Sequence record: KY014601.1
Origin: Escherichia phage Utah
Direction: 5' to 3' (one strand)
DNA length: 59,024 nucleotides
Shown here: in pieces, positions 18,863 through 29,232 of the stretch
How positions within the stretch are numbered: position 1 is the first letter of the stretch
How the letters are laid out: every line of letters begins with the position of its first letter
Notes under the pieces: generated by a model
Seen by the model: the letters and a program-made list of their open reading frames with translations, nothing else
Database searches by the model: none
Told to the model about the DNA's origin: nothing
Translations under genes and position numbers: made by a program

Positions 18863-19488
18863 TGCCTGTTAACGTGTTAGCGATTGGCTCCAACGAGTTG
18901 AAGGAGTATCTGGAACAGGTACCGGAAATCGCTAACAACTCGATCCGCATGGCGATTAATAGCGTGGCTGCTGGCAAGGGCATGACCCTTATCAAGAAGT
19001 CGATGACCGACGAGATCGCCTTTCCATCCGGCTATCTCAACGCAGACCGCCTAAAGCTAACTAAGCGCGCCACTCAGACCAACCTCGAAGCCGTCATTAC
19101 CGGGCGTAAACGCGCCACCAGCCTCGCCCGTTTCGTTACTGGCGGGGCGATGGTCGCTAATAGCAAACGGGGCGGCGGCGTACAAGTTCGCGTGAAGAAG
19201 GGTAAGACCACCTACCTGAAAAACGCGTTTCTGGTGCGCCTGAACAAAGGGGCCAGTCTTACCGAGGACAACTACAACATCGGTCTGGCCGTACGGCTTT
19301 CCGCCGGGGAATCCTTATCTAACAAACGCTCGCAGCACAAGTCATGGCTCGTACCGGGCCGCGTCGCATTGCTGTACGGGCCGTCGGTAGATCAGGTCTT
19401 CGCGGAAGTGTCCGAGACGGTCGCGCCGAAGATAGGTGACATGGTAGCGGCAGAATTCCATCGTAATTTCGCGAGGCTGTCTAAATGA
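18862..19488 (+). CDS. Tail completion protein (lambda gpZ-like)
   Basis: 208 aa; N-terminus IGSNELKEYLEQVPEIANNSIRMAINSVAAG resembles lambda gpZ (GLEQAVENL...AAMAINRVASS). Confidence 0.55.
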   Translation: MPVNVLAIGSNELKEYLEQVPEIANNSIRMAINSVAAGKGMTLIKKSMTDEIAFPSGYLNADRLKLTKRATQTNLEAVITGRKRATSLARFVTGGAMVANSKRGGGVQVRVKKGKTTYLKNAFLVRLNKGASLTEDNYNIGLAVRLSAGESLSNKRSQHKSWLVPGRVALLYGPSVDQVFAEVSETVAPKIGDMVAAEFHRNFARLSK

Positions 19489-19988
19489 GTCAAAGGCTTG
19501 ACATTCTTAAAGCATTGACAGCGCACCTTGAACAGATCACCATTGCAAACGGATACGCTTATGACCTGAAAGGTAAAGTGTATCGCGGGCGCGACCGATT
19601 TGGGGCGGACTTCACGGCCCGCCTGCCTATCGTGTCGATCCTCGAAGCGAAGGCCACCGACTACGGTAGCTTTGCCAACGAGGAACAGACCGTACGCATG
19701 GACGATTGGGTGCTGCTGGTACAGGGGTGGGTCAAAGATGACCCGCGAAACCCTACCGACCCGGCGTACGAACTGCTGGCCGAGGTGGAAAAAAGACTGG
19801 CTATGCTGGTGGCGAAGGACGAGCAGGGGCAACCGATGTATCCAGCCCTCTACCGCTTGGGTGGGAAGATTGCTAAACTCACACTCGCGCAGCCCGTTGT
19901 CAGACCACCAGAAGACGGCTTGTCCGATACGGCGTTTTTCTTCCTACCTGTTAGGGTAGGACTCAAAGTGGACATTAGGAATCCTTAA
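19485..19988 (+). CDS. Tail terminator protein (lambda gpU-like)
   Basis: 167 aa; position between Z-like and major tail genes. Confidence 0.45.
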   Translation: MSQRLDILKALTAHLEQITIANGYAYDLKGKVYRGRDRFGADFTARLPIVSILEAKATDYGSFANEEQTVRMDDWVLLVQGWVKDDPRNPTDPAYELLAEVEKRLAMLVAKDEQGQPMYPALYRLGGKIAKLTLAQPVVRPPEDGLSDTAFFFLPVRVGLKVDIRNP

Positions 19989-20001
19989 CAGGAGAAACAG
20001 A

Positions 20002-21141
20002 ATGAACGATAACTACCAGAATAACTACGTGGTAGGTCGCGGAACGGTCTACTTTGACCGATTCCAAGACGGCACTAACCGTAAGACAGGTGAAATGTAT
20101 TTCGGTAACACGCCGGAATTCACCATCAACACCGATTCCGAAACGCTGGATCACTACTCTTCTGATCACGGTATGCGCGTGATGGATGCGTCCGTCCTGC
20201 TGGAAGCGTCTCAGGGCGGTACCTTCACCTGTGACAACATCAACGCGGATAACCTCGCGCTGTGGTTCCTCGGTGAAGTATCGAACACCACTCAGACGCA
20301 GCAGACTGACGCGAAAGAAGTGTTCAACCCGATTATGCGCGGCCGTTACTATCAACTCGGCACCACTGACGATAACCCGACGGGTGTTCGCAGCGTGACT
20401 AACTTCCAGATGGTCAAGGCGGACGCGTCCATCGCGATTTCCGTTGGTTCAGGCGACATCACTTCTATCGTGGGTGCCACCGTCGTTAACCCGGCTGGTA
20501 ACTACGAAATTGATCTGGAAGCGGGCCGTATCTACATCGAGCCGGATTCAGCCGACCTCGCGGGCAACGTGCAGATCGCGGTTCAGTACGACGTTGATGC
20601 GCAGAAACGTACGCTGGTCATTGGCAAGTCCAACATGGTGTACGGCGCGCTGCGCATGATCTCCGATAACCCGGTGGGTCTGAACAAGAACTACTACTTC
20701 CCGAAAGTGTCCATCGCGCCGGACGGCGATTATGCACTGAAAGGCGACGACTGGCAGGTCATGTCCTTCACCTTCAAGGCCATGCAGCTTAACAACATCA
20801 CGCAGCGCGTCTACATCGACATCGTCGAAGCGGCCGCAGCGGTTGACCCGACCTCGCAACGCACCATCGAGATCTCGCCTGCATCGACCTCGGCCGCATC
20901 CGGTGGCGCAGGTGTCGTTTGTACGGTGACTGTCCGTGACGGCACTGGCACAGCCGTTCAGGGTGATGCAGTGACGTTTACCACCGTTTCCGGTGCGACC
21001 GTTACGCCTAACAGCGCGACGACCGGGGCTACCGGGACGGCGACCACCACCGTCAACCGTGCCGCCGCTGGTACCGCGACTGTCACCGCCACGCTGGCGA
21101 ATGGCAAAGCGGCCACGACGGGTACCATTACCTTCTCGTAA
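20002..21141 (+). CDS. Major tail tube protein (gpV-like) with C-terminal Ig-like domain
   Basis: 379 aa; C-terminal ~90 aa Thr/Ala/Gly-rich beta-rich segment (VVCTVTVRDGTGTAVQGDAVTFTTVSGATVTP...) typical of Big_2 Ig-like domains; strong terminator follows. Confidence 0.75.
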   Translation: MNDNYQNNYVVGRGTVYFDRFQDGTNRKTGEMYFGNTPEFTINTDSETLDHYSSDHGMRVMDASVLLEASQGGTFTCDNINADNLALWFLGEVSNTTQTQQTDAKEVFNPIMRGRYYQLGTTDDNPTGVRSVTNFQMVKADASIAISVGSGDITSIVGATVVNPAGNYEIDLEAGRIYIEPDSADLAGNVQIAVQYDVDAQKRTLVIGKSNMVYGALRMISDNPVGLNKNYYFPKVSIAPDGDYALKGDDWQVMSFTFKAMQLNNITQRVYIDIVEAAAAVDPTSQRTIEISPASTSAASGGAGVVCTVTVRDGTGTAVQGDAVTFTTVSGATVTPNSATTGATGTATTTVNRAAAGTATVTATLANGKAATTGTITFS

Positions 21142-21160
21142 TACATGCCAAACTGATAAA

Positions 21161-21184
21161 GCGCCTTCGGGCGCTTTTCTTTTA
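21161..21184 (+). terminator. Rho-independent terminator after major tail gene
   Basis: GCGCC-TTCG-GGCGC then TTTTCTTTT. Confidence 0.7.
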
Positions 21185-21237
21185 TCTGCAAGTATGTGCT
21201 ACATTAACGACGGATTAGCGCAAAGGAGATCCGTCAA

Positions 21238-21699
21238 ATGTCATTAGCAGATTACGCACCAGAAATCGAAGAAATCACCATCCCGGCCAGACACGGTAAA
21301 AAGGCTGGCTCGTTTAACGTCCGTGGGCTTTCCTTCCACGACATTTCCAAAATCATCCGCGTCCACTATCACGACCTTGATGGCCTGTTCGACCTGTACC
21401 AGAAGACTGCCGGGGAAGACCTGACGGCCATCGCTACGGGGCGTTTCGCCGTGTCGCTGGTATCGGACGCGCCGGGGCTGGTGGCACATGTCATCGCGCT
21501 GGCCGCCGACGAAGAAGCCGAACTGGAAAAGGTACAGACGCTGCCGCTTCTGGTGCAGTTCGACGCCTTGAAAAAGATTGCTGGTCTGACGTTCTCGGAC
21601 GTTGAAGAAGTAAAAAAGATGTTCGCTCAGGTAATGGAGCAGATCGGCAAGATGAAGGGCGAAGAGGCGGGGTCGAAACCCGGTCAAAGCGCGAAATAG
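21238..21699 (+). CDS. Tail assembly chaperone (gpG-like)
   Basis: 153 aa; directly upstream of tape measure; contains slippery site near 3' end. Confidence 0.6.
   Translation: MSLADYAPEIEEITIPARHGKKAGSFNVRGLSFHDISKIIRVHYHDLDGLFDLYQKTAGEDLTAIATGRFAVSLVSDAPGLVAHVIALAADEEAELEKVQTLPLLVQFDALKKIAGLTFSDVEEVKKMFAQVMEQIGKMKGEEAGSKPGQSAK
21612..21618 (+). other. Programmed -1 ribosomal frameshift slippery heptamer A_AAA_AAG
   Basis: In G frame codons are gta AAA AAG atg; the -1 frame is open from 21612 through 21941 with no stop. Confidence 0.6.
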
Positions 21700-21941
21700 T
21701 TCTCGACTTCCACAATAACCTTCGTGCCACGGTGTCCTTCCTCATGTCCGAGGGACACCCGGCCGCCCGGCATTACCCGTTAGGATATTTGTGGTCAGAA
21801 ACGAAAATCGCGAAGCGCCGGGTAAACGCGGGTTATGTCACCCAAAGTTTACTGATGCAGTCCTGTATCGGCGCTGTACTCAACGGCAAGAAAGGCGGGA
21901 AAGAGTATAAAAAACTAATCAAGGAATTATCTGATGGCTAA
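21612..21941 (+). CDS. -1 frame extension producing G-T fusion tail assembly chaperone (gpGT-like)
   Basis: Open -1 frame after slippery site ends 7 nt inside tape measure gene; ORF track shows only the 21732..21941 part from an internal GTG. Confidence 0.5.
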   Translation, partial: KKDVRSGNGADRQDEGRRGGVETRSKREIVLDFHNNLRATVSFLMSEGHPAARHYPLGYLWSETKIAKRRVNAGYVTQSLLMQSCIGAVLNGKKGGKEYKKLIKELSDG

Positions 21942-24900
21942 CAGTAAAGACGTCGAGCTACGAATCCGGGCGAGGGACTACAGCCAGAAGCCCCTAAAGG
22001 CTGTGACCAGCGCCATTGAGCATATGGCGAAGGCGCAGGACGAACAGCGTAAAGCAGCCGAGCGCGGTGAAATCTCGACGCGTGATCTGGAAGCCGCATA
22101 CAAAAAGCTGGAAAGTGCCGGGAACCAACTGCTTAAACTCAACTCGCTGATCGAGGTGTTCAAACGGCAGAATCAGGCCATGACGGAGGCGACGGCCAAG
22201 ACCGAAGCACTCCGCCAGAAACAGGCCGACCTCCAGAAGACCTACGATGCAACCGCGAATGTTACGCAGAAACAGGAACGGGCGCTGGCCCGGGTAACAC
22301 GTCAGGTCGAAGCCGCAACCCGCGCGGAAGCGAATCAGGCTGATCGCGTGAACCGGGCCGCCCGCGACCTCGAACGATACGGGATCGAGACGTCGAAAGT
22401 TGGGGCGGCCCAAGCGGGTATCATCACCAGCGTCGCGCAGGTTAACCGTGTCCTCGAACGTCAGGACGAAATCATTTCAACGTCTGCTGCTGCGGCCGCA
22501 CAAGCGAAGGTAATTCGTGGATTGCAGCAGCAGGCAGATCAGGCGATGGCGACGGCGCGAGGGTACCAAACCCTCGGCCGCGTGGTGCAGCAGGCAACCG
22601 GGCAACTCGGGCCGCTTGGCACGCAGATCCAGACCATCGTCAGTCCGGCAGAAGCGGCGCGCCGCACGCTGTCCGGCCTTGAGAAGCAGGTACACGGCGT
22701 TACTACCGAACTGGCCCGTAACAGTAAGGAAGTGGAAAACGTCGCTCAGAAAGTCCGAATGCTCAACGAGGCGAATAAAACAGTCTCGGCGCTGGCGCAG
22801 CAAATCGACCTGTACCGCCAGCAGGTGTCAACCCTTCGGAACGCCCGCACTGAATACCAACAAGCGCGACAAGACGTCATCAAGTTAGCACAGCAGATGC
22901 GCACCGCGACAACTGATACGGGCGCTTTAGGTATTCAGATGCAGGCCGCCCAACAACGGCTATCCGCAGCCGCGACGGCCATGCGAAACACGGCCACGGC
23001 CGCACGGTCTACACAAGCCGCATTACGTGCAGCACAGGTGGACACTCGCAACCTGTCCGATGCGGAAGCCCGGCTGATCTCCACCAGCCAACAATCGGCC
23101 GCAGCGCTTAACACGCTGTCCACCGCGACGAACCGGAACAGCCAAGCGGCGCGCGACGGCTCAAAGGCGTGGTCACTGTTCCGGGACGAGGGCCGTACCA
23201 CGTTGTCCTTCCTGCAACGTATTCGCGGTGAAGTGCTGGCGCTGACGACCACTTACATCGGTTTTCAGGGGGCTATCAATCTGGCGGGCGGCGCGATCGA
23301 CGCGTACAAGAACCGTCAGCAGGCGATGGTCAAGATTTCGAACGTGGTGGGTAACAGCCAAGCGGCCATCAACAAAGAGTGGGATTACATGCGCGATCTG
23401 GCGAACACGCTCGGGATCGACATCACCACCTTGTCGCAGTCGTACACGAAATTCGCCGTGTCCGCGAAGGCGGTTGGCCTGTCATTGCAGGACACAAAGT
23501 TCATCTTCGAAAGCGTAGCGAAAGCGGGCCGTGTCTTCCACTTGTCACAGGCCGACATGGAAGGCGTATTCCGTGCGCTGGAACAGATGCTGTCGAAGGG
23601 TCAGGTGTATGCGGAAGAATTGCGCGGCCAATTGGGTGAACGTCTCCCGGCGGCTTTCGCGCTGTTCGCAAAAGGCATGGACATGACCACCGCCGAATTG
23701 ATGAAGGCAATGCAAAACGGGGAAGTCACTGGCGAGGCGGTTATCAACTTCGCCCGCGAGCAGGCCAAAGCGATCGACGCGCAACTCGAAACAGCGCAGA
23801 AAGGCGTTGATGCAATGGAAGCGCGCGCCCGTAACGCCATGAACGCGTTCCAACTGGCATTGGCCGACGCAGGCTTTATCGAAGCGTACGTGCAGATGCT
23901 TAACAAGATCACCGACTTCCTGAACAGCGAGGATGGCCGGGCGGCCGCCGTTAAACTCGGCGAGGCGTTCGGCACGTTGGCCGACGCTGTGACGTGGTGC
24001 ATCGAGAACGTGGACACGCTGATCACCGCGTTAAGCATTCTGGCCGGGCTGAAAGTGGTGCAGTTCATCGGCGGCATGATTTCGGGCCTTAAAAACCTGC
24101 TGCCGCTGTTCAGCACGCTCGGTAAAATCGGCGATGGCATTATCACGGTGCTGGAAGGTGTCGCGGCCAGAATGATTGCGGCACAAGGGGCCGTAGGGCT
24201 TCTCGGCATCGCGTTGAAAGGGCTGACCCGGTTAATCCCGATTGTCGGGTGGGCGCTGCTGGCCTACGACATCGGTGCCATCATGTACGACCAGTCGCAG
24301 ACCTTCCGCGAGGCGGTCAACGCGGTCATCCGGGACTTCAAGAACCTCGGCAATCAACTGGCGGCCGTCGTCGATTCTATCCCGGCGCTGCTGTACGATC
24401 TGGCCGTGTCGGTGCTGCGCCCTATTACCACGATGTTCGCCGACACCACGCAGGCGATTATTAAGTGGATCGCGGATGTCCTGAAACTGATCCCGGGCGT
24501 TGGTCAAGGGCTGTCCGAGTGGGCCACATCCATCGGCGACGACCTGACGAAAGAGCAGCGCGGCTTCCTCGAATCGACTGGCCGTATTTGGGATAACGTC
24601 AATAAGCAGTGGGTGAAACTGAACGACGAAATGGTCGCGAAGAACGCCGATGCGACTGACAAGATTCGCGGGCAGGTCAACCAACTGGCCGCCGACATGG
24701 CCGCTATCACGAAGGGTGATGGCTTCCAGTTCACGCAAGACCCGGGAACAGGCGTCACGAAGCGCAGCCGTGAAATCGCGGGCCTGACGAAAGAACTGAA
24801 CAAGATGGAAGAGGCGGCCAAGAAGGCGGACGTTGCATCGCGTAAAGCCGAACAGCGGAAGAACCTGTCCGGCCGCCTCGCCATCATTGACGAGGAATTT

Positions 24901-26229
24901 GCGCCGCAGTACGCCCGCGCTAAGTCGATTGGCGGCTCGGAGGGTGACGCCCTTACCAAACGTCTTGACGCCGTCGTGGCCGCGCGCAAGAAGGCAGAAA
25001 CGACCCTCTTCAACTCGCAGCAACGTACGACGGGTGGTATCAAGAAACAGGAAAACGCATTACAGGCGCTGATCAACAAGTACAACGAGTTGAATGCTGC
25101 CGTCGGCGTGAAGGAAGTTAAGATTGACCCGAATGCCACGTTTGACGACCGTCTGGCCGCTAAACTGGCCGCCGTCAATACGCAGTACGATCAGCTGATC
25201 GCCAAGTCGAAGAAACTCGGGACTGGCGGGCAGAATCTGGCCGGGCAGTTCGAAGACCTGCGCAAACGCAATCTGGAATACGCGACCACGCAGGCCAAAC
25301 TCGAAGAACTGAAACGCATTGAGGATCAGTTAAACTCGCAGCAGGAGACGAAGAAAAACCTGCTGGACGAAATCAACGCCAAACAGCAGGCCGGGATTAT
25401 CTCCGAAAACGAAGCTGTCGCGCAGACGGTAGCCTTGTATCAGAACATGAATGCGGGCATCGCGTCGTCAGCCGAGCAGCTTGACGTCTTTGCGCAGAAG
25501 ATTAAAGACACGATGTCGCCGGAAGAATTCAGCCGCATCATGGCGCAGATTGCATCCATCAAAGCCGGGCTGGTGGACGTCACAGGCACCTTCACGACGA
25601 TGGACACGACTGTCGTTCAGGGTGTACTGGACGGAATGAGCACGGCGCTGTCATCCATCGTTGATGAAATGGCGTTGGTGGTGGCCGGGTCACAAAGCAT
25701 TGGCGATGCGTTCTCAAACCTCGGCGTGGCCGTGGCACGGTTCTTCGCAGACTTCTTGCAGAAGATCGCAATGGCAATCTTGCAGCAGATGGCGCTCAAC
25801 GCGTTGGCCTCTATGGGGGGTGGCATCGGTTCGGCGGCCGTTGCATTAGGCGGCACCGTGGCGAAACATAACGGCGGCACCGTCGGCAGTAAGACAACTG
25901 GTGGCACGCAGATGAAGGGCGGGATCAGCCCGGCCATGTTCGCGAATGCTCCGCGTTTCCATGACGGCGGCCTGCCGGGCTTGCGTTCTGACGAAGTCCC
26001 GACCATTCTGCAAAAAGGCGAACAGGTACTGTCGAAGGATGACCCGAACAACGTGCTTAACCAGTCGCGCGGCGGCGGCCAGACGGCGCAGTCGCCACAA
26101 GGTCTTCGCTTCGTGCTGGTGGATGACAGGTCGAAAGTGCCGGAAGCCATGAACACGCCGGAAGGAGAAAAGGCGGTGATGCAGATTCTTCAACGCAACG
26201 TACCGACGTTGAAAAACTTAGTGGGATAA
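21934..26229 (+). CDS. Tail tape measure protein
   Basis: 1431 aa; Ala/Gln-rich coiled-coil N-half, hydrophobic Gly/Ala-rich segments; follows G/GT. Confidence 0.85.
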   Translation: MANSKDVELRIRARDYSQKPLKAVTSAIEHMAKAQDEQRKAAERGEISTRDLEAAYKKLESAGNQLLKLNSLIEVFKRQNQAMTEATAKTEALRQKQADLQKTYDATANVTQKQERALARVTRQVEAATRAEANQADRVNRAARDLERYGIETSKVGAAQAGIITSVAQVNRVLERQDEIISTSAAAAAQAKVIRGLQQQADQAMATARGYQTLGRVVQQATGQLGPLGTQIQTIVSPAEAARRTLSGLEKQVHGVTTELARNSKEVENVAQKVRMLNEANKTVSALAQQIDLYRQQVSTLRNARTEYQQARQDVIKLAQQMRTATTDTGALGIQMQAAQQRLSAAATAMRNTATAARSTQAALRAAQVDTRNLSDAEARLISTSQQSAAALNTLSTATNRNSQAARDGSKAWSLFRDEGRTTLSFLQRIRGEVLALTTTYIGFQGAINLAGGAIDAYKNRQQAMVKISNVVGNSQAAINKEWDYMRDLANTLGIDITTLSQSYTKFAVSAKAVGLSLQDTKFIFESVAKAGRVFHLSQADMEGVFRALEQMLSKGQVYAEELRGQLGERLPAAFALFAKGMDMTTAELMKAMQNGEVTGEAVINFAREQAKAIDAQLETAQKGVDAMEARARNAMNAFQLALADAGFIEAYVQMLNKITDFLNSEDGRAAAVKLGEAFGTLADAVTWCIENVDTLITALSILAGLKVVQFIGGMISGLKNLLPLFSTLGKIGDGIITVLEGVAARMIAAQGAVGLLGIALKGLTRLIPIVGWALLAYDIGAIMYDQSQTFREAVNAVIRDFKNLGNQLAAVVDSIPALLYDLAVSVLRPITTMFADTTQAIIKWIADVLKLIPGVGQGLSEWATSIGDDLTKEQRGFLESTGRIWDNVNKQWVKLNDEMVAKNADATDKIRGQVNQLAADMAAITKGDGFQFTQDPGTGVTKRSREIAGLTKELNKMEEAAKKADVASRKAEQRKNLSGRLAIIDEEFAPQYARAKSIGGSEGDALTKRLDAVVAARKKAETTLFNSQQRTTGGIKKQENALQALINKYNELNAAVGVKEVKIDPNATFDDRLAAKLAAVNTQYDQLIAKSKKLGTGGQNLAGQFEDLRKRNLEYATTQAKLEELKRIEDQLNSQQETKKNLLDEINAKQQAGIISENEAVAQTVALYQNMNAGIASSAEQLDVFAQKIKDTMSPEEFSRIMAQIASIKAGLVDVTGTFTTMDTTVVQGVLDGMSTALSSIVDEMALVVAGSQSIGDAFSNLGVAVARFFADFLQKIAMAILQQMALNALASMGGGIGSAAVALGGTVAKHNGGTVGSKTTGGTQMKGGISPAMFANAPRFHDGGLPGLRSDEVPTILQKGEQVLSKDDPNNVLNQSRGGGQTAQSPQGLRFVLVDDRSKVPEAMNTPEGEKAVMQILQRNVPTLKNLVG

Positions 26230-26234
26230 TAACA

Positions 26235-27923
26235 ATGGCTTTGAGCGGACTGCGCCCCGCGCGCGAACAGTTTAACCAAGCAATCTACGACGCCCTTAAC
26301 GGGGCGTACCAGCTTTACGTTCAGGACGTCTTCGGGCAGGCGGCGGCCAACCAGACGTACTACATGGCGAAGTGGATGAAGTTGAAGGCCGGGTCATATA
26401 CGGCGGTCATGTATGTCGATGACTCCGGCACCCTGTCTATCGATCATGCCGTCGTCGCGACTGCGGCCATCGGCACCAATCCGAACAGCGGGGAGTTTAC
26501 GATCTCCGCCGACGGCGTGTACCGCTTTGACTGCATCTACTCCAACGTCCCGGCCGACACTCCGGCGTACATGGCATTCCAGCTAATCCTTGACGGCCAG
26601 ACCGTCGAGGTTAGCCGGGCCAACGACTTTATCGCGGACATCGTGCCGATCCCGGATAAGGCATTGGGGCCGAAGCCACCATACTCTGACGACGTCCGCC
26701 TGACATACCCGGTATTCCTGCCGCTGCCGAACTGGAAAGACGGCGTCACCGAGCGCATCGAGTGGCAAACTGACGTCATGATTTCCGAGTCCGGCGCAGA
26801 ACAGCGACGCCCGATCCGCCTGCACCCTCGCCGCTCATTCGAAGCGACGTTCCTGCGTTGGGAGGAAAAGCGTACGCTGCTCGACACGACCATCGCGGGC
26901 GTCGGCCAGTCTCCGTTACTCCTGCCTTTGTGGCACGACATGACAGCCACGGAAAACGACGCGCCAGCCGGGTCGGTGGACATCTTCGGCCAGTTCCGGG
27001 TGAAAGACTTCAACGTGGGTGACGTGGTCATGTTCAACCGTGGCACGACGTGGGACTATGAGACGAACATCATCGCCGGGCTGGACATTGACGCCGGGCA
27101 TATGACGCTGACGTTTGGCCTCCAGTCGGACACGCCGCGAGGCACGCGCCTGTATCCGGTTCGCGTTGCGCAGATCCGGGAGGCGATGAACGGCCAGCAG
27201 ATGACCGATAGCGTGTCACAGACCCAAGTCCGGTTCTTCTGCACAGAGAACTATGACCTGACGCCATCGTGGTCAGACTTCCCGGTCTACACCCGTACCG
27301 GGCTGCACATCTTCGTCCTGCCGGAAGATTGGGGATCATCCAATGAAATCACGTCTGACCGCCTGACCTACAATTTCGATAACCAGTCCGGCCCGGTGGT
27401 CATCGTTGACCCGGGCGGCCAGAACTACGGCACCGTGAAGAAGTCATACACCATTAACGGCCGCACAGCGGATCGGCAGTTCCGGCAGATCCTGTTCGCA
27501 CTCCGTGGCCGCACCAAGACTTTCCACCTACCGCTCGATACGAATGACTTCATTCTGTCCCGCGACATCAACCCGGCCGACGGCGCGCTCGTAGTCCGGC
27601 GCTGCGGTTATACTCAGTACATCGGCGGGACGCAGGAAACGAAACGTGACATCATGGTCGAACTGTACGACGGCACCAGAATCCCGACCACCATCATTTC
27701 GAGTCGTATCGTTGGGGATGAAGAGTGGCTATTCCTGTCACAGTCCATCCCGGCGACGTCCAGAAACGACGTCCGGCGCATCGGATATATCCCCGTAGCG
27801 CGATTAGATGTTGACGGAATCGAAATAAAACGGTTGACTGACTCGGCGGGCGTAAGTCAAGTTTCTCTGACCTTCAAGTTTTTCGACGATCGGAGGATTG
27901 CAACGCCCTTACCATTATCATAA
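26235..27923 (+). CDS. Minor tail protein (distal tail, gpM position)
   Basis: 562 aa; between tape measure and L-like gene; much larger than lambda gpM. Confidence 0.45.
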   Translation: MALSGLRPAREQFNQAIYDALNGAYQLYVQDVFGQAAANQTYYMAKWMKLKAGSYTAVMYVDDSGTLSIDHAVVATAAIGTNPNSGEFTISADGVYRFDCIYSNVPADTPAYMAFQLILDGQTVEVSRANDFIADIVPIPDKALGPKPPYSDDVRLTYPVFLPLPNWKDGVTERIEWQTDVMISESGAEQRRPIRLHPRRSFEATFLRWEEKRTLLDTTIAGVGQSPLLLPLWHDMTATENDAPAGSVDIFGQFRVKDFNVGDVVMFNRGTTWDYETNIIAGLDIDAGHMTLTFGLQSDTPRGTRLYPVRVAQIREAMNGQQMTDSVSQTQVRFFCTENYDLTPSWSDFPVYTRTGLHIFVLPEDWGSSNEITSDRLTYNFDNQSGPVVIVDPGGQNYGTVKKSYTINGRTADRQFRQILFALRGRTKTFHLPLDTNDFILSRDINPADGALVVRRCGYTQYIGGTQETKRDIMVELYDGTRIPTTIISSRIVGDEEWLFLSQSIPATSRNDVRRIGYIPVARLDVDGIEIKRLTDSAGVSQVSLTFKFFDDRRIATPLPLS

Positions 27924-27932
27924 GAGGGCATT

Positions 27933-28751
27933 ATGTCTTACAACATTATCGAGACGTCCAACGACAACGGCAGGCCCGTATTTATGTACGAGTTTCGCCT
28001 GCTGGATAAATACTGGCGTTATACCTCCGCAGACGCTAAAGTAAGTGCGCTGGGGAGCATTTGGGAACCGATGGGAGTGTCCGACGACGGGATTAAACAA
28101 ACGGGCGAGGCTAAGACGGATGCGCTAAATCTGACGCTGCCAAACTCGAATCCCGTCGTCGGCCTCTTCATCGGGACTCCCCCCGGCTCCCCCGTAACCC
28201 TGACTATCCGACGGATGCACCTTGACGATAACGACCCGGTGGTCTGTTATGTCGGCACCGTCGATAGCATCAATCAGGGCGAAAACCCTACCGTAGCAAC
28301 TGTCACCTGTTCAACCCTGTCGGCCACGATGGACAGAAATGGTCTGCGCCTGTCGTGGAGCCGTGGTTGTCCGCACGCGCTGTATGACGGCCAATGCCGC
28401 GTCAACAAAGAAGCCTTCCGCGTAGATGCCACCATCCTCACCGTCGGCGCGGGCACCGTTACAGCCGCTGCATACGCTACCCGGCCAGACGGGTACTTCG
28501 CGGGCGGCTTCATTGAGTGGATCGACCCGGTGTACGGCGTGGAACGGCGCGGCATCGAAACCCATACAGGGAACACCATCACCATCTTTGGTACCGTAGA
28601 CGGCTTGGCCGGGGGCTACATCCTCAAGACTTACCCGGGATGCCCGCGCACCAGTACGGCCTGTGATACCATCTTCAACAATCTGGCGAACTTCGGCGGT
28701 ATCCCGTCGCTGCCAGACCGTTCCCCGTTCGACGGCAACCCAATCTTTTAA
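27933..28751 (+). CDS. Minor tail protein L-like (Fe-S cluster cysteines)
   Basis: 272 aa; C-terminal NLANFGG and Cys pairs (GCPHALYDGQC, GCPRTSTAC) resemble lambda gpL C-terminus (NVGNFGG, Cys cluster). Confidence 0.65.
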   Translation: MSYNIIETSNDNGRPVFMYEFRLLDKYWRYTSADAKVSALGSIWEPMGVSDDGIKQTGEAKTDALNLTLPNSNPVVGLFIGTPPGSPVTLTIRRMHLDDNDPVVCYVGTVDSINQGENPTVATVTCSTLSATMDRNGLRLSWSRGCPHALYDGQCRVNKEAFRVDATILTVGAGTVTAAAYATRPDGYFAGGFIEWIDPVYGVERRGIETHTGNTITIFGTVDGLAGGYILKTYPGCPRTSTACDTIFNNLANFGGIPSLPDRSPFDGNPIF

Positions 28752-28762
28752 GGAGAATCGCT

Positions 28763-28993
28763 ATGTGGTGGGCGTTAGCAATGCTGGTGGCCTCGGTGCT
28801 GATCAACGCGGCCCTCGCGCCGAAGCCTGCATCGGCAAAACCAGCAACAATTCAAGATTTCGACATCCCGCAGGTGAAGGAAGGCACGCCGCAGTCGGTG
28901 GTATTCGGCGAGGTGTGGACAGCCGACTGGCAGGTATTGGGCTTCGGCAACTTCCGAACCAAAGCAGTTAAAGCGAAACAGGCGAAAAAATAA
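28763..28993 (+). CDS. Small hypothetical tail-region protein with N-terminal hydrophobic segment
   Basis: 76 aa; WWALAMLVASVLINAALA hydrophobic N-terminus. Confidence 0.35.
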   Translation: MWWALAMLVASVLINAALAPKPASAKPATIQDFDIPQVKEGTPQSVVFGEVWTADWQVLGFGNFRTKAVKAKQAKK

Positions 28994-29232
28994 TGAGCAG
29001 ACACGACGAGCCGCAGGATCAGCCGCGCATCTTTATGCGCCATGCCCGGAAACTCGGGTATTGCAAAAACGGGTCGGAGCGCTTGGCCGAGCGCTTCGGG
29101 ATCACCTTCGAACAATTCCTACGGGAAGGCTACCCGGTAGCGGAAGCCATGAAGTCCGCAAACCCGCTGCTGCGTAAGGCCGCAGCCGTGGCCCAACAAG
29201 AATGGGACGAGGCGCACGCACATGGGAAGTAA
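28993..29232 (+). CDS. Small hypothetical tail-region protein
   Basis: 79 aa; overlaps neighbours by 1 and 11 nt. Confidence 0.35.
   Translation: MSRHDEPQDQPRIFMRHARKLGYCKNGSERLAERFGITFEQFLREGYPVAEAMKSANPLLRKAAAVAQQEWDEAHAHGK

Noticed and set aside
21895-21903. Lambda-type slippery sequence GGGAAAG near the end of the T frame
   Set aside because: Lies downstream of the G stop codon and not in a position to join G and T frames; the A_AAA_AAG site at 21612 fits instead.
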